Shown here in pieces: positions 43,916-60,954 of a stretch of 64,000 nucleotides of DNA. Source of the DNA: the human T2T-CHM13v2.0 reference genome, Homo sapiens; the NCBI RefSeq assembly GCF_009914755.1, contig NC_060927.1, one strand, 5' to 3'. Every line of letters starts with the position of its first letter. Position 1 is the stretch's first letter. The notes beneath the pieces are model-generated. The model did not search any database. It saw only the letters and a program-made list of their open reading frames with translations, and was not told the origin of the DNA. A program made the position numbers and the translations under genes.

Positions 43916-44888
43916 AAAATATAGGGTCTGAGAGCTGTTAAATCTGCCCCTGGCAAATGCCTGCTACCCTAGCCTCTCCTCCCTGGCCACTTAACCCAGG
44001 CATTTTAAGAGTAACCCCCAGGAAACAATGCCTCAATTTAGAGAGGAGTCTTTTGGGGACAATGGCAGACTCAGTGGGTGGCTCAGACAGCTCTTGAGGT
44101 TCTACTCAAATCATATTGTGAGACATTAGCTCAAGGGCTCAAAAAGGTGAAGACTAATGCCTCCCTCTCCATTTGCTTCTTCTCAGGAGGCTCACTTTTC
44201 CCTATGAACAGGGTGTCTACTTCTATTCTCAAAATCTCCAAAAAATTAATTGTCTTGGTGCTAACAGTGGGGTGGTTCTAGGTTCCTTTGTTCTTTGAGA
44301 GAAGGCAGAAATGGGCAACTAGGAAAGGGCTCTGATCCAGACAGCACAACCCATATGCCTGGGGCAGTTGTTACTGAAAGGCAGGACTGGCCAACTCTAA
44401 GGAGGAGTTGTGTAGCACTAAGAGACTTCCCACAGTTAAAGGGCTGCCTGGGGGGGCACTGGAGGGCTTAGTCAGCAGAGGAATGACCATCTTCCCGAAG
44501 GCATACTGAAGAAGGGAATATAGCAAGGAGCAAGAGACTTCACAAATGACCACTCATCATTTGTGCTGAGTGTAGAGTCTTCTTGCCTGCATTCTAAGGT
44601 GGTGGGGGTGAGGGGAGGCGGGCCTGCATCATCAGCTCAGCACATTGGCATGGAACCAGGAATGGACAGGGAGGCAGGACTTTTCCCTAATGTTTAAGTT
44701 TCTTTAAATTTTTTTGAGAACAAAGCAGGAAAAAATTTTAAAATAAACTAGTATGTGACCTTGAATACATTATTTCATCTACCTGGGCTCCGTTTGTTTA
44801 TCTATAAAACAGAGGAACTACATTAGGTGATCTTTGTGTCTTCTCCTCACTACCAAGATTTGTAATCCTAAATAATCCCTCAACCCTA

Positions 44889-45275
<387 letters not shown>

Positions 45276-46490
45276 CTATGGGTGGGGTGGGGTGAGAACG
45301 CACTCAGCAGCCTCAGAGGGACATAGGAAGAAAGGAGTGAGGAAAACTCCCAGGAATTTACAGTGCATTAACAGTGATGACATATCCAACAACAATATAA
45401 GGATTGTATCAAAATAAAGCCACATTTGTACAGAAGTGACACTGCTAATATATTTTTTTCCTCACATCATGTCTCTTCTTAAAATGGTTTCCCGTTTCCT
45501 AAGGATAAAGTTCAAGCTCCCTAACCAGGCCTACGAAACCCGTTAGGTCAGCCTACTGCCCTTCTCGTCTGCCCCGTGTCCCTTCACGTCCCATCGAGGG
45601 GTCAGCCATTCTGAGCTTTCTTCAGTCCTTCCCATGCTAAGACCATTCTCTTCTCCAGGTGCAGCTCTTTCAGCCTGGAGCACTCTTCCACATCACCTGC
45701 CACTGCTCCACTCTCTTCCCTGGGCTAATTATGATTCGTGCCTTGGGACCTCAGCTGAACAGGGTTTCTACTTCTGTCTACCCCATAGACAGGGTTCTGT
45801 GTCTGTAACCCTACCTTCTCCAGCAGCCCTCCTGTCTGCAAATCTGGGAGAGGGGCCTCCCTATTTTTTTCCTAAGTGCGCCAACCTACCCCTAGGCAGC
45901 ACTTTTCATGCTTCTTGTTGATGGTCTGCTAACTGTGGGCTCAGAGAAAAACGCAGTCGGCCTTCTCAAAGTCATTGCTCAAATACCAGTGCCCAGTACT
46001 GTGCCTGTCACCTACTTGGCACCCAACAAATGCTTGTTGAATAAATGATGGAATGAATGACTAAGAATATATTAACCAGTGGAAATTCAGCAGTACAGGC
46101 AGTGAGCATAAGCATAGAGCAAATAAAACAGATGTGACAAACTGGATCAAGAAAGACTTGAAGAAATTAAGAGGAGATTTTTCCTTTTAAAAAATGTCCT
46201 CTCCCTACCCTCCAAACCTACAGGCATACTTAAAGCTCCAGGTGTGCCTTGATAAGGGATTAGGTAGCACCAAAATGTCAGGTGGGACTTTGGCACAGTC
46301 AGGGGTCCAGACATAACCAGCACCTTGGAACATTCCTATGTTAGTTTGGTTTCTAGGCCAAGTTGTGAAGGGGTTCTCTAGTGGGAGGTTTAGTGTGGAG
46401 CACTAGTACTCAAACTTGAGTATGCATCACCAGAGGACTTGTGACAGCCCAGATCACTGAACCCTATGCTAGGAGTTTCTAGTTCCGTAG

Positions 46491-47188
<698 letters not shown>

Positions 47189-47281
47189 CAATTGATATAA
47201 ATTTCTAACTAATTTCCAGGAGATGCTGATGCTACTGCTCTAAGGACCATACTCTGAGAACCACTGGTGTAGACTCAATTT

Positions 47282-47284
<3 letters not shown>

Positions 47285-47327
<43 letters not shown>
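47285..47327. repeat. (CA)n microsatellite, about 21 units
   Basis: Seen directly. Confidence 0.97.
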
Positions 47328-47329
<2 letters not shown>

Positions 47330-49606
47330 CTTTAGATTCAGATACAGCTGGGTTCAAATTAAACTTTAATATTTACTTGAATTTTGGACAAGTTATTTAC
47401 TCTCTCTCTGAGCTAGTTTCTCAGCCATGAATGAAGATGATGATAGTGCTAGCCTTATCAGGTCCTTGCAAGAATGCAATGAGATAATCTACTGTCCTTG
47501 GCATGAAGCCTTGCACATACACTGCCACATTAGTGTCAGTATGTGAGTCTCTTCCTTTTTTTCCCCTTATTACGAGGGCCAAGGAGAAAGAGGTTGGAGT
47601 TGGGGTTTTCTCCAACAGAGTTTTCAAACGGAGCCACCTTCATTTTGACCAAGGTACTCCCACAAACAAAACAAATGTAGTTATTATCCTACGGAGCAGC
47701 TAGGTGGGCCTGTCTTGAACGCTAGAGCACATGATTCTTGGGTCCTGCCTGACCTACTGGTCACAGCCCTTGTAAGACTGTCCCCTTAAACTTCTGATAG
47801 GCACCTGCATCTGGGTTTCTCACATCCATAGACAGACAGCAGAATGCTGCTCAGGACAGGCACTCACAGAAATGACCTGACCACCTATCTCCAGGACTGG
47901 GCTGTGATGCAGATGCCCCATGGCAGATGTGCTGGATAGAGACTCTGCGGCAGTGCAGGCGAGAGCTGTGGGCAGGAAGACTTCATGAAAGGAAATGATT
48001 TAACCTAGGCTCCAAGAAGCAGGTAGAACTAAGATCACGCATGAGAAGTAGGAAGAAGGCAGAGAAACTCATTGTTTCAGTAAGCAAGAAAGGAGGGAGC
48101 AAAGAGCCTTATTAGGAAGGGGCAGTTACTTGGGTAACCTGGGGGAAACCAATCTAGCTGTGTCTCCAGCTTTATGGAAAACAGAGAAGATAAATAAGGC
48201 GGGGCTGGTGGTGGTGAGTGGGAGGTGGGGCGATGGGGTGAAGTCTAAATCACAATCCAGTTCAATTTCTTGTCCATGGATCATCACTGAAGTCTTTTCT
48301 GAAGAACAGTAATACAGTGAAAGTGGTGTTTTTAGGAAGATAGATGACTTCCCCACTCAGCTGTAAATGAAAAAAAAATATATATCATTTTAAAAATAAA
48401 CCTTGAGTGGTTTTGGGAAAAAAAGCTGCTGTCTCCGTAAGCTGTAGAGTCCCAGAAATCAGGCCAATTAGAATGGAAGGGCCGGTGACCAGCATCTCAA
48501 GCCTAACATGGCTTTCTTAATCTAATTTTTGGTTCTTGTTCTTTCTCTGTGACTACCCCTTTGTGTGTTTTTTGTTTTTTGTTTGTTTGTTTCTTTTCTT
48601 CCAGAACTGACCTGAAATAGACCTTGGAGATCTCACCAACCACAGTTTTATCTGAATAGTAGAAGCAGCCACAGATAAGATTTTCACAATGAATAGGTTG
48701 CCATTGTCAACACTGGCTTATTTTGTTCCATAACACACATACCGATGAGAAGAGAGAGGAAAACACTGATATTGGTCTAAATAAAATCTTAGGTTCAACA
48801 GCATCTTCAAATATATTCTTTTATATACTAAATGTGATACCTGGGAGAAGATTAGCTGTGCTCACTTCCTGTACAACAAATCTGAGGCTTGGAAATTTAA
48901 GGGACTTGTCTGTGGTCATTCGTTTTTTCTAAGGGGGTCAGAGTCGAGATTCTGTCCCTGAGCAGTGCTCCTGCCTCTCAGCTTGGCTATTCTTTAAATA
49001 AAAGATAATTGGTGTTCACAAGTTTGCAAATAATTTGAGCTGGGGGCCAGGCTATGTGAGCAATAATTAAAATATAACTGGTGCAGTCACTCTGACACAG
49101 TAAAATAAAGAACATGTAGGCTCCTTATTTGGCTGAATGTAATTTGATATAAATAGCAGTTTATTCAACACTCTAGTCAATATCACCTGTATAGAGGTAG
49201 CGCATTTGGGAGCAGGGAGACCAGGTTTGCTGGGGGTCAGAAAAAGGAATTTGGTTAGAGTCAGAAATTGCTGTGGGGTAGCTTTGAAGATTGCAGAATC
49301 TGACACCCTTGAGGAGGGGAAATGGGGAGAAAGGTGATCACTCAGCTCCCCTTCCATGAATGCCCTTATTGTGGACAAACCACATTTGGGGTGACAAAAC
49401 TCACCTTTACCAACGTCAGCACTGACTTTGCTGCTTGGGTACTCTTTTATCTTCTCTTCTATTTCATCCCTGTGTGAATATCAAGCCTTGATATCTGCCA
49501 GGTTCAACAAGTTCTGGCCATCTTGAACTCATTCACACTCTCTCCAGGGGTCTGCCAGCCAGCCCCACAGCATCCTGCGCAGACCTCAAACGTCCACCCC
49601 CTGCCC

Positions 49607-49634
49607 TGTCTCTCTTTCTCTCTCTCTCTCTCTC

Positions 49635-49688
<54 letters not shown>
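49607..49688. repeat. Compound (TC)n(CA)n microsatellite
   Basis: Seen directly. Confidence 0.97.
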
Positions 49689-49690
<2 letters not shown>

Positions 49691-50429
49691 GAAGAGTCCC
49701 AGGAGAAGAGGTACTGAACAACCCAGCAAACTCTTCTCCCATATCTCAGTTGTTGCTGTGGGTCCTTAGCATCTATTATGCACCGGGTGATGTACATTCT
49801 TGGTCTCTAAATCTCACAAACCCCCTCAGCTAGGCAACAGCCCTGCTCATATAGGTGGGCAGAAGTTCAGCTCAGAGTATAAGCCACACCCCCACGTGTC
49901 CAACATCACATACCTAAAAAGTGTCAGCATCAGGATTTGAGCTTGGGCCTTGCTGACAACAAATCCCAATTTTTCCCAAGCAAGCAAGCTTGATCTTCCA
50001 AAGTAGAAGTCAGGCGCCAGGCTCTTAAAAAGCAGTCAGATTTTCCAGATTGGGAAGGAAAGGCAGTAGCAAGACAGTCCATCTCAAAGGCAAAAATCAC
50101 CCACTTTCTTTTCCTATATCCTCTAACTTCTCTGTAAACCTAACCACACTGGGCATGCACAGAACTAAGCAGGTGGAGTTTTCAAGAAAGGACCCAAAGC
50201 AGCAAATCAGGCTGAAAATGTGAACAGGATCAAAAAAGAGAAACGTCCTGATTGTAGTCATCCTGGTTGCAACTTTGCTCTTTCAGGCTTACTACAAGTT
50301 TTCAAATTCTTAATTTTTTTTCTATTCTTAAAATTCCTTTATCCTGTGGAATTTTCTCCTCCCCAGTTCATTGACTCCTCATTTCCTAGCTGTCTCTATC
50401 ATTTTCTCTCAAAAATGTTAATTCTCGAA

Positions 50430-50725
50430 CCTGACTCCCTGAGTTCAGATTCTGTCTCCAATCCCTAACAGCTGAATGGTAATGTAATATAAACAGCAGT
50501 TTATTAAACACTCTAGTCAACATTAGTTGCTGGGGGTCAGAAAAGGGAATTTGGTTAGAGTCAGAAGTTGACCTAGCAAGTTATTTCCAAACTATTGTTT
50601 TCCTTTGTATGCAAAACTGAGATGAAGATAATACCTGCCTCAGAGGGTTGTGGTGAGCATAAAAAAATGTCCCCCATTTAGCAAAGAGCCTGGCACATAT
50701 AGACATTCAACAAACCTAAGCTATC
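50430..50725 (+). mobile_element. MIR interrupted by a local duplicated segment
   Basis: GAGTTCAGATTCTG..AGCTG | insert | TGACCTAGCAAGTTATTT..ATAATACCTGCCTCAGAGGGTTGTGGTGAG. Confidence 0.7.
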
Positions 50726-51619
50726 ATTTGTATCATTTGTACTTATCTTGACTACTTCAGGAGTTCCAGATCCACTGAGACTAGCATGTAAAAGCATTTT
50801 GAAAAAATGATACAAATGTAAACTATCATGATTGTCTTCTCTTTGCAAAATGAGTTGGTGCCTCAAAAGCTTCAAAAGTTTCATAGCTTTGTACCCTGGT
50901 GGACTCATTCACAGCTTGCCAGGCTCTGTGAAAGAAGGGAAGGAGACCTGTCACATGGGTAGAAAGGAAACTTCAGATGAGATATCAGAGCTCATGGGAA
51001 GGAGAGAAGGGGAAGGGGATTCTCTGATTCCCGCCATCAGGTACTTTCCAAGGCCAGGCTGCTGTGCTGAGTGGGGACTACCATCCTACACTAAAACAGA
51101 AGGAAACACACCAACCAGGGCAGAGTATCTTTACAACTAAATGTCATCTGTTCCTAAATACATGCACATCTTTGCACATTTTTTTATTCCTCATTTCCTG
51201 TGTAGTATTAGATTTGGCAAGAAGGAGTTTTAGTTTGTAGAAGATACTCACACAGTATAGGAATACAGGTATATATTTTAAAATATTTTTAAAATTAAGA
51301 ACTATTTTGAAGGACTAGATGGCACTTCCCCTCCTTTCCTATGAACAGGCCTGCTTGGAAGGGATGGTAGGCAGGAGGGTGAAGGCAGGTCTTTGCCGGC
51401 AAGGGGCAGTGGCCTGGGACTGACAGGAATTGATTCCTGAGTGTTTTTCAGGTATACAAGCACCCTGACTCCATGTGGCAGGTTAACAAAATGCACACAG
51501 GTTCAATGCTATCAGAGTTTATGGCTGAGCAGGCTATCTCACCAAGCATATTTACCATCAGTGCCTGTTACATTTCCTCAGATAACAGTGCAAATATGAG
51601 CGGAATCAAGGAGAAGAGG

Positions 51620-51710
51620 GACTAGCTATGAACAAGAAGGAGCAAGACAAGAAGTGACTAGCTATGGACAAGAAGAGACAAAGACAAGAGGGAGTGGTCA
51701 CGAACAAGAA
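51620..51710 (+). repeat. Degenerate ~36 bp tandem repeat (2-3 units)
   Basis: GACTAGCTATG(A/G)ACAAGAAG at 51620 and 51656. Confidence 0.75.
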
Positions 51711-53390
51711 GGAAAGGATAGGGAGAGCAGAGAGAGGAGACCAGGAAAGCAGATGGGTGGGGAGCGGAATGATGTCTAGGTACTGTGTGTTTACCCAAGG
51801 TCTGGCATGCAACACTTAACAGTGCAGCACCCCGAGAAGGAAAGTGCTATGTGCTGAGCACTTACTATGTTGTTTGACACGGTATTGGGTGTTTTATTAT
51901 ACATTATCTCATTTAACCTTTGCAAGAAACTGATGAGATAAGCTTTACTTTCTCTCAATTTCATTGATGAGGAAAATTCTGAGAGATTAAGTAATCTGCT
52001 TAAGGCCACACAGCTAGAAAGTAGCAAAGCTGGATTTAAGCTTAGACCTCCACTACACTACCATGTCTTCTGGATAAGTTTTCTAAATGGTTGAGATTTA
52101 ACCCTTTGAGGAATATTCACGCACTTAAGGGACATTCACAAATTTATTTTAATCATTTTGTACAGAAGCTCTTCTTCCTTTTTGTTTGTTAATACAAAAT
52201 AAATAAGTGAGAAACTTCAAACAGTGGAGGGGGTATCAAGTAAAAAGTTCCTCCTTGCTCACCATGAATTCCACTTTCCAGAGGTACTGCTGTTGACAAT
52301 TTGGTCTACATCCCTTCACATCTTTTCCTATGTTGTTTTTTTTAAATTAATCATATTATGTACATTGATTTGTGACTTTTTCTTCAAACTAATGATATAT
52401 TGTATATCAGTATATGCAGATCTATTTTTTTTTAGTAACTGCATGAACATTTCACTCCATCAATGAGCCACTTTTATTTACACATTTTCCAAATTATGGA
52501 CATTTAGGTTGTTTCTGACTTTTAAGTATTATAAGCAATGCTGGCATTAATTACTGAAATGAATATGATTATATAAGTACGTCTTCACATGCGTTCTTTT
52601 ATTCCAGTAGAATATATATCTCAAAGTGAGTTAAAGGGAATAAACCTTTTCTATTCGAATAGATACTTCAGGAAAGAAATGTATATTCCCATAAATAGCC
52701 AGTGACAGTCCCATGTTTCACCACAACCTATTCAAAAGAGGAAAATATCAATCTTTAAATTTTTTTTTGATAAACTACTAAGTGAAATAAATAGCCACTC
52801 AGGTGGTTTGAACTTAACATCCTTTTGGTTACCGGGGGAGAGGCCAAGACCTGGTTGAGGGGCAGATGCTTGGGGTTTCCCAAAGTCATTCACCCAGGTT
52901 AGTGACTCATGTCTCCACACACTAATCTCAGAGCACATGCAAATTTAGGCATGACCAGAACACACACATTCATTCATTTATTGAGTACACACTCTGAGCC
53001 AGTCATTAGTAGAAAATAAGAGATACAGGTCCCTGCACTCTTGGAACTTGTGCTCCTGGTAGGAGAGTCAATGATAAACAAGTAAACACACAGACAAAGT
53101 AGTTCCTGTCATGGATGAGTTTTAAAGCATTGATCAGAAACTACGAGAGCATTGAATATTAAATCTTACTCCTGTACAATAAGGGACTAAAACAGACACA
53201 TGTATCCAAATGCTCCTGATAGTTCTTCTTGGTTGTTTCAAGTTCTAAATCAAGCCCAAAATCTAAATCATCATCCTTCCATACAAACTTGGGCCTCTCC
53301 CACATTTCCCATCTCAGTGAATGGAAAAGACCAAAAACTAGGAAGGAATCATCCTGGTATCTTTTTTTCCTTTGCTCTTCATATACAGTC

Positions 53391-53755
53391 TGACATGGTT
53401 TGGCTGTGTCCCCACCCAAATCTCATCTTGAATTGTAGTTCCCATAATCCATATGTGTTGTTGGAGGGACCAGGTGGAGATAATTGAATCTTGGGGTGGT
53501 TTCCCCATTCTATTTTCATGATAGTGAGTTCTCACAAGATCCAGTGGTTTTATAAGGAGCTTCCCCCTTCACTGGGCAATCATTTCTCCTGCCACCATGT
53601 GAAGAAGGACATGTTTGCTTCCCCTTCTGCCATGATTATAAGTTTCCTGAGGCCTCCCCAGCCCTGCAGAACTGTAAGTGAATTAAACCTCTTTCCTTTA
53701 TAAATTATGCAATCTCAGGCAGTTCTTTATAGCAGCATGAGAACGGACTAATACA
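53391..53755 (+). mobile_element. THE1D/MST-like solo LTR in an L2-like remnant
   Basis: TGACATGGTTTGGCTGTGTCCCCACCCAAATCTC...GGACTAATACA; 5 bp TSD CAGTC. Confidence 0.92.
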
Positions 53756-55036
53756 CAGTCTACAATCAGATTGGGCTTATTTATCGCCGAAATATTTCCA
53801 GAATCTCTCTCTCTCTCCAATTTCACTACTATCCTAGCACAAGCTACTATTATGTCCAGCCTCCATATCACCTGTGCTTACCTAGTACTGTACTCATGCA
53901 TGCTCTGGTTCCCCCTGCTAGGTGGATTCCACATTGCTGTTAGTCTCCCAATTCCTCCTCCTTAAAAACCTCTAACAGCTGTCCATTTCTGTTAAGATAA
54001 ACACAAAACTTCCTACCATGACCCATGCAGCCATGCACATCTGGTCCTACCCACTTCTCTGGCCTCAACTCCACCACTCTTCCTGTGGCTTCCTTCACTC
54101 AGTCCCGCTAACATTCTTCTCATCTCTCATACACACTAAGCTCCTATCCAGCAGTCTTGCAGATGCTATTACTTTGGTTTGAATTCATCGTTCCTCAGTA
54201 CTCATGCATCATCCCTTCAGGGAGGGTCTTCTGACTGAGCAAAATCCATCTACTAAGTGCTCTTGTGGTACCTTGTATCCTTCTTTCCTGGCCTTGTCAC
54301 AGTTGTATTTCTACATTCACTTGAATTCCCTTTAGACAATAAGCACCACGGGGGCCAGGGCCATGATGGCTTTTGTTTGCCAGCACGAGGTCTTGCACCA
54401 AGTGCACATTAAACATTTGCTAAACAAAAGAACAGATACATTCATGCAAGATAGACTAAATTGCTTGGAACAAATTTTAAGTGCCCTAAAAGTTCAAAAA
54501 AATGGTTAACATTAACCATGTCTAGTACAGCCAGACAAAAAGCAAGAAAGAAGGGTGTGTGTTGAGGAGAAAGGTTATACAATAAGACCATGCCTGTATC
54601 TGGGGGGACAAGGCTTCCCAAAGTAGTGAGCCCAGAATTAGTTGGCCTTGAATTTCAAACAAAGAGCTTTAGCCCAGTCTCATAAGCTATAGGGATCTAA
54701 TGGAGCTTCTTTGGATGGAAGATTAAAATGAAAGTGGGAATGATTAACTCAGGTAGGTTTAACCTATCATCTGCATAGAGAATGGTTGGAAGTAGACAGA
54801 AGTAGCAGGACTAGAGGCAAGAAGATGCTTAAAGTAGGCTAGTATAAGAATTGTCACCCAAAATAGAAAAGAAGGGGCAGATCCTGGGACTAAGTAACAG
54901 AACTCAGTGATTACCTGGTTATGAGAAATAAAGAAAGTGTCAAAATTGCTTTCCTCTGATCCCTCCTTATCTCAAGAGTTGCAGATTGGGAGATCTAGAA
55001 AGAACTGGGGACATGGCCAGAGTCTTCTCAATTCTT

Positions 55037-55340
55037 TATTTTATTTTATTTATTTATTTTTGAGAAGGGGTCTCTTTTGCCCAGGCTGGAGTGAAATGGC
55101 GCGATCTCGGCTCACTGCAACCTCCGCCCCACCGGGTTCAATTGATTCTCCTGCCTCAGCCTCCCGAGTAGCTTGGATTACAGGCATCTGCCACCACGCT
55201 GGGCTAATTTTTGTATTTTTTGTAGAGAAGGGGTTTCGCCATGTTGGCCAGGCTGGTCTTGAACTCCTGACTTCAAATGATCCACCTGCCTTGGCCTCCC
55301 AAAGTGTTAGGATTACAGGCGTGAGCCACCGTGCCCGGCC
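55037..55340 (-). mobile_element. AluS
   Basis: Full dimer; 18 bp TSD AGAGTCTTCTCAATTCTT. Confidence 0.95.
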
Positions 55341-55572
55341 AGAGTCTTCTCAATTCTTAAAACACACAATTTTATTTTCCACCAAGGACTTCAGATAATG
55401 AAATAAATTATTATGGTAAAAGAAACCCAGGTAGACTGTACACTAATCACCCAACGGCTTGTTTCACTGCATTGTTGTTGGGGCAAGATGTTTAAACATT
55501 AGCATTTAGTTAGACATCCAGGAAGCAGACACCTGTTTCTATTTCTGTATACTAGAATTCAATTAAACAAGA

Positions 55573-56552
55573 CAAACTATCATCAGAGTGAACAGGCAGC
55601 CTACAGAATGGGAGAAAATTTTGCAATCTATCCATCTGACAAAGGGCTAATATCCAGAATCTACAAAGAACTTAAACAAATTTACAAGAAAAAAGCAAAC
55701 AACCCCATCAAAAAATGGGCAAAGGATATGAACAGACACTTCTCCAAAGAAGACATTTATGCAGCCAACAGACATATGAAAAAATACTCATCATCACTGG
55801 TCACTAGAGAAAAGCAAATCAAATCCACAATGAGATACCATCTCATGCCAGTTAGAATGGTGATCATTAAAAGTCAGGAAACAACAGATGCGGGAGAGGT
55901 TGTGGAAAAATAGGAACGCTTTTACACTGTTGGTGGGAGTGTAAATTAGTTCAACCATTGTGGAAGACAGTATGGTGATTCCTCAAGGATCTAGAACTAG
56001 AAATACCATTTGACCCAGCCATCCCACTACTGGGCATATATCCAAAGGATTATAAATCATTCTACGATAGAGACACATGCACACATATGTCTATTGCAGC
56101 ACTATTCACAAGAGCAAAGACTTGGAACCAACCCAAATGTCCATCAATGATAGACTGGATTAAGAAAATGTGGCACATATACACCATGGAATACTATGCA
56201 TCCATAAAAAGGATGAGTTCATGTCCTTTGCAGGGACATTGATGAAGCTGGGAACCATCATTCTCAGCAAACTATCACAAGGACAAAAAACCAAATACCG
56301 CATGTTCTCACTCATAAGTGGGAGTTGAATAATGAGAACACATGGACACAGGGAGGGGAACATCACACACCAGGGCCTGTTGGGGTGGGGGGCGGGTAGG
56401 GGAGGGATAACATTAGGAGAAATACCTAATGTAGGTGATGGGTTGATGGGTGCAGCAAACCACTATGGCACGTGTATACCTATGTAACAAAAGTGCACGT
56501 TCTGCACATGTAACCCAGTATAATTAAAACAAACAAACAAACAAACAAAAAA
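55573..56552 (+). mobile_element. 5'-truncated L1PA (ORF2 C-terminus plus 3'UTR) with (AAAC)n tail
   Basis: [23 protein letters not shown]..; typical L1PA 3'UTR. Confidence 0.93.
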
Positions 56553-59500
56553 CCTGCTCCACAGTATGAAATAGGAGAGAGAGCAATGGAGAAAGGGTGA
56601 AGACACCAGGGTTCTGGTCCCAGTTCTCAAACTAACTCCACTCTGTCAACCTGAGACACATGACTTGGGTCCAGATTTCCTTATCTGTAAAACTGGCTGG
56701 GAGGGGAAGATAAAGGCTGGGAGTGATTTCTACCTGTGTTCAACAGAGCTCTGGGATTCTGGGGAGGTATTCAGGAGCTCCCAAGGAGACAAGGGAGCAG
56801 CTGAGTGGACAGTCTCCCATCCATCACCCATACCCCCTCACCCTGAGATATATCAGGGAACTTTGTAAGATTTCATTAAGTCTACGGTATGGTCCATACG
56901 TCCACCCCCACCACCCAGGAAAAATTACTGTTCTAGATGCTGTCTCTCTAAGGATATTCTTACTTAGGGGTCGGTTGTCTGATTTCCCAAAGAATGATAA
57001 TACAAGTTGATAGCTGTGTGGATCTGCAAGTTAACACCACACTGTGATGTTAAAAAAAATTCACTAAAGCAGAAATGACACACATCCTTTTAGAGTTTGG
57101 GGGATCGGCAGGGACACTAAACTTTCATTCTGAGAATAAACTTTGACATTGGATGAAGGCAACTAGAGCTATTAGCCAACAATGGTACTTACTTTAGCCT
57201 TATTTTAATGTTTTAAGGAGCAGATATTCACATATCACTTGTGATATTGTTAATGTGGGGATGATTTTTTAAATGAATTTTAATATCAGTAAGATAATAT
57301 GTAATATCCATTGTTATTATTTTATTCAACTTAGTAATAAAATTTTTGTGATCATTTTGCTTCCATTTTATAAACTGTATATGTGTGCATACATGTCACA
57401 ATGTACTTGGATCTTTCTGGGAGCTGTGAAAAAAAATCAGAAACCACTGCTTTGATAGATATTGAGAGCAAGAGAGGAAGCTTGATCTTCAGTTTGATCT
57501 TGACAGACACTTTGGGAAGTTTGGCTTAAAAATTAAGGAAAAGGTGGGGGAGTAGAGAAGGACTTATGCCCAGTATTTCCTGAGTGAAGACCACACACAC
57601 CTACTTCTGACAAGTGATCTCTACACAGCTCAGAGCACAAGGACTGTGATAATATCACAAGACTCCCTGGCCTCAGAAGCTTCATTAGGGGCCCCAAGCC
57701 ACAGTGACCAGCAAATACCTAAATATGACACAATTTTACTACTGCCTCACACTTTGCAATTGTGGGAACTTGGAGGCTAATCAGAGAATTGGGTTGACTC
57801 TTCTTCAGAGACAGGAGAGAACAAGGTGATGGACCAAAATGAACACACTCTAGTACAGGGTTTTCCAAAGTGCATATCACAGTTGCAGCGTGTCATTGAC
57901 ACTGTGCTTGACCTTAATCCACCCAACAATAGTTGGCCTTATTGAGAGGGCACAGGGAGTTGGCTTGTCAGGAATTTCACCTGTTTTCCAGGCAAAGGCA
58001 GTTTAAGTAATCCATCCAAAGTCACAACTAGTAAGAAGGAGATTCAGAATTCCAACCTGATAATCACCTGTTACTATAGCTCACATTTCTTAGCCATAGG
58101 GGAAGGAGGAATAGAGAAACTTGTTTCCTTAAAGTTAGCTTTAAACAATCCTACCTGGCTCTAATTCCTGACTACTATTATCACCCTAGCTAATATTGAT
58201 TAAGCTTTCCCTCACTTTGTTCAGGCACTCTATTAAGCACTTTAAAACCTTAATTTCACTTAATCCTCACAAAAGCTGTATGAGATATGTACTATAATAA
58301 TTGCTATTTACTGGAAGCTTTGAATAGTTTCGTAACTTGCCCAGTGTCACATAAACATCATTGACACAAACCACATTAAATAGCTGAATGTAGTTTATTT
58401 ACATTTCTACACATAGGAAAACTATCTGCTAAAATAGCTATTTCCCCTCCAAGTGTTGGAGTCAAACAGTTGAAATATCAATTTCTCATCTATAAAGTGA
58501 ACGTGAGTTTAGAGGTTTGCTTAGGATTACAAAGTCTTAATTCTGGGGATAGAATACCCAGGGGCAGTGGTGGGAGCAGAACTCTATTTTTTCTAAAAAG
58601 GTAGCTCAAGCAGCTTCAGAAATCCCCAGCTGCTGTGGAGTTTGAGATGAGCAGGGGAGCCACAGGAGAGAAGACTGTGCAAAGCTGTGGGATTTTTATA
58701 AATTTGCATTCATAGCCTAAGATGGTGTTTGGTGAAATTTTGGACACAAATTGAGGTGAGGTTTAGTTATTTCCCTGTGCATCGTGGGTGTCCAACATCT
58801 AGTCTTGTCAACTTCAGACAGTTTCTAGGGTCTATATCCTGTAGAAAATCTTGTAAGCCAGAGGGCCTTGGGGGATATCAATTTTCTAGTTTCCCTACCC
58901 TTTTGCAAGCCTCTCTCCCTTTTATTCTCAGCATTACGCTTAAGTTATGGTAGAATCCTGTCTGAATAAGATTTGATTATACCTGAGAAATTCGTTATGT
59001 CTTATGGAGCTTGTAGAAAGAACATTCTGCCAACACACCTTCATATTGCATCTGTTCCCAACCTAAAAATACAAGACTCAAATTGGTCTGTGAGCAAACT
59101 CTAAGTTGACCTTCCACTGACAACTTAGAGGTAAGAGGGCAGCTATTCTGAAAGGGAGGGGAGGGGTAAAATGAAATAAAACAGGGTGGAGCTTCCAAGG
59201 GAACTTATACATTCTTCTTTGCAAGGTCACACCTACATCCTAATTGGAAAAGAGCTGAAAGAGCCTGCCCATTCTGTCCCTCAGCTACCCTTTCCTACCT
59301 GGTTTCACTCGTGGAGATACACACTTCTGTCAGATTTCCAGGACACACACAGAGATACACAAAATCATGTTTTCCAAAACAGAGAGGAGATTGGTGTGGA
59401 GGGTAAGAGAATGAAGCCTGAGAGGGTAGATGGTTGGACACCTGATGCGGGATGAGCAAGGGGTAAAGTTAGGGCAGTGACTGGATACAGAGAAAGTAGA

Positions 59501-59733
59501 AAAGTGACATTGAACATGGTTAGCCCAGAAGTACATGTTGTGGTCCTGCACAGTAGATTCAGATTCTGGCCAAACATTGCTTTACATACTGAGGACACAT
59601 TATAACCTCCCAGAAATGAAATATATGCACTTCTGGGCCAATATGGTTGTCACCATATCAGATGAAAGGAAAAAGTAATTAGGAATTTTAAAGAACGGTG
59701 CTTTTGCCCCTATCAGTTCAGCTTCAGAGATCA

Positions 59734-60400
<667 letters not shown>

Positions 60401-60556
60401 GATTCCCACTTTCCTCCAGAAGTTCTCGGGAAATCTCATCCCCTGCAAATGTATCCCCCTCTCCTTCTAGAATTATGTGGATATAACTTTCTAGGGTGTG
60501 TTTCCTGCGTTATATTTCCATTCCCTTATAAATACTTGCAAAACATTGTTTTACTA

Positions 60557-60954
<398 letters not shown>

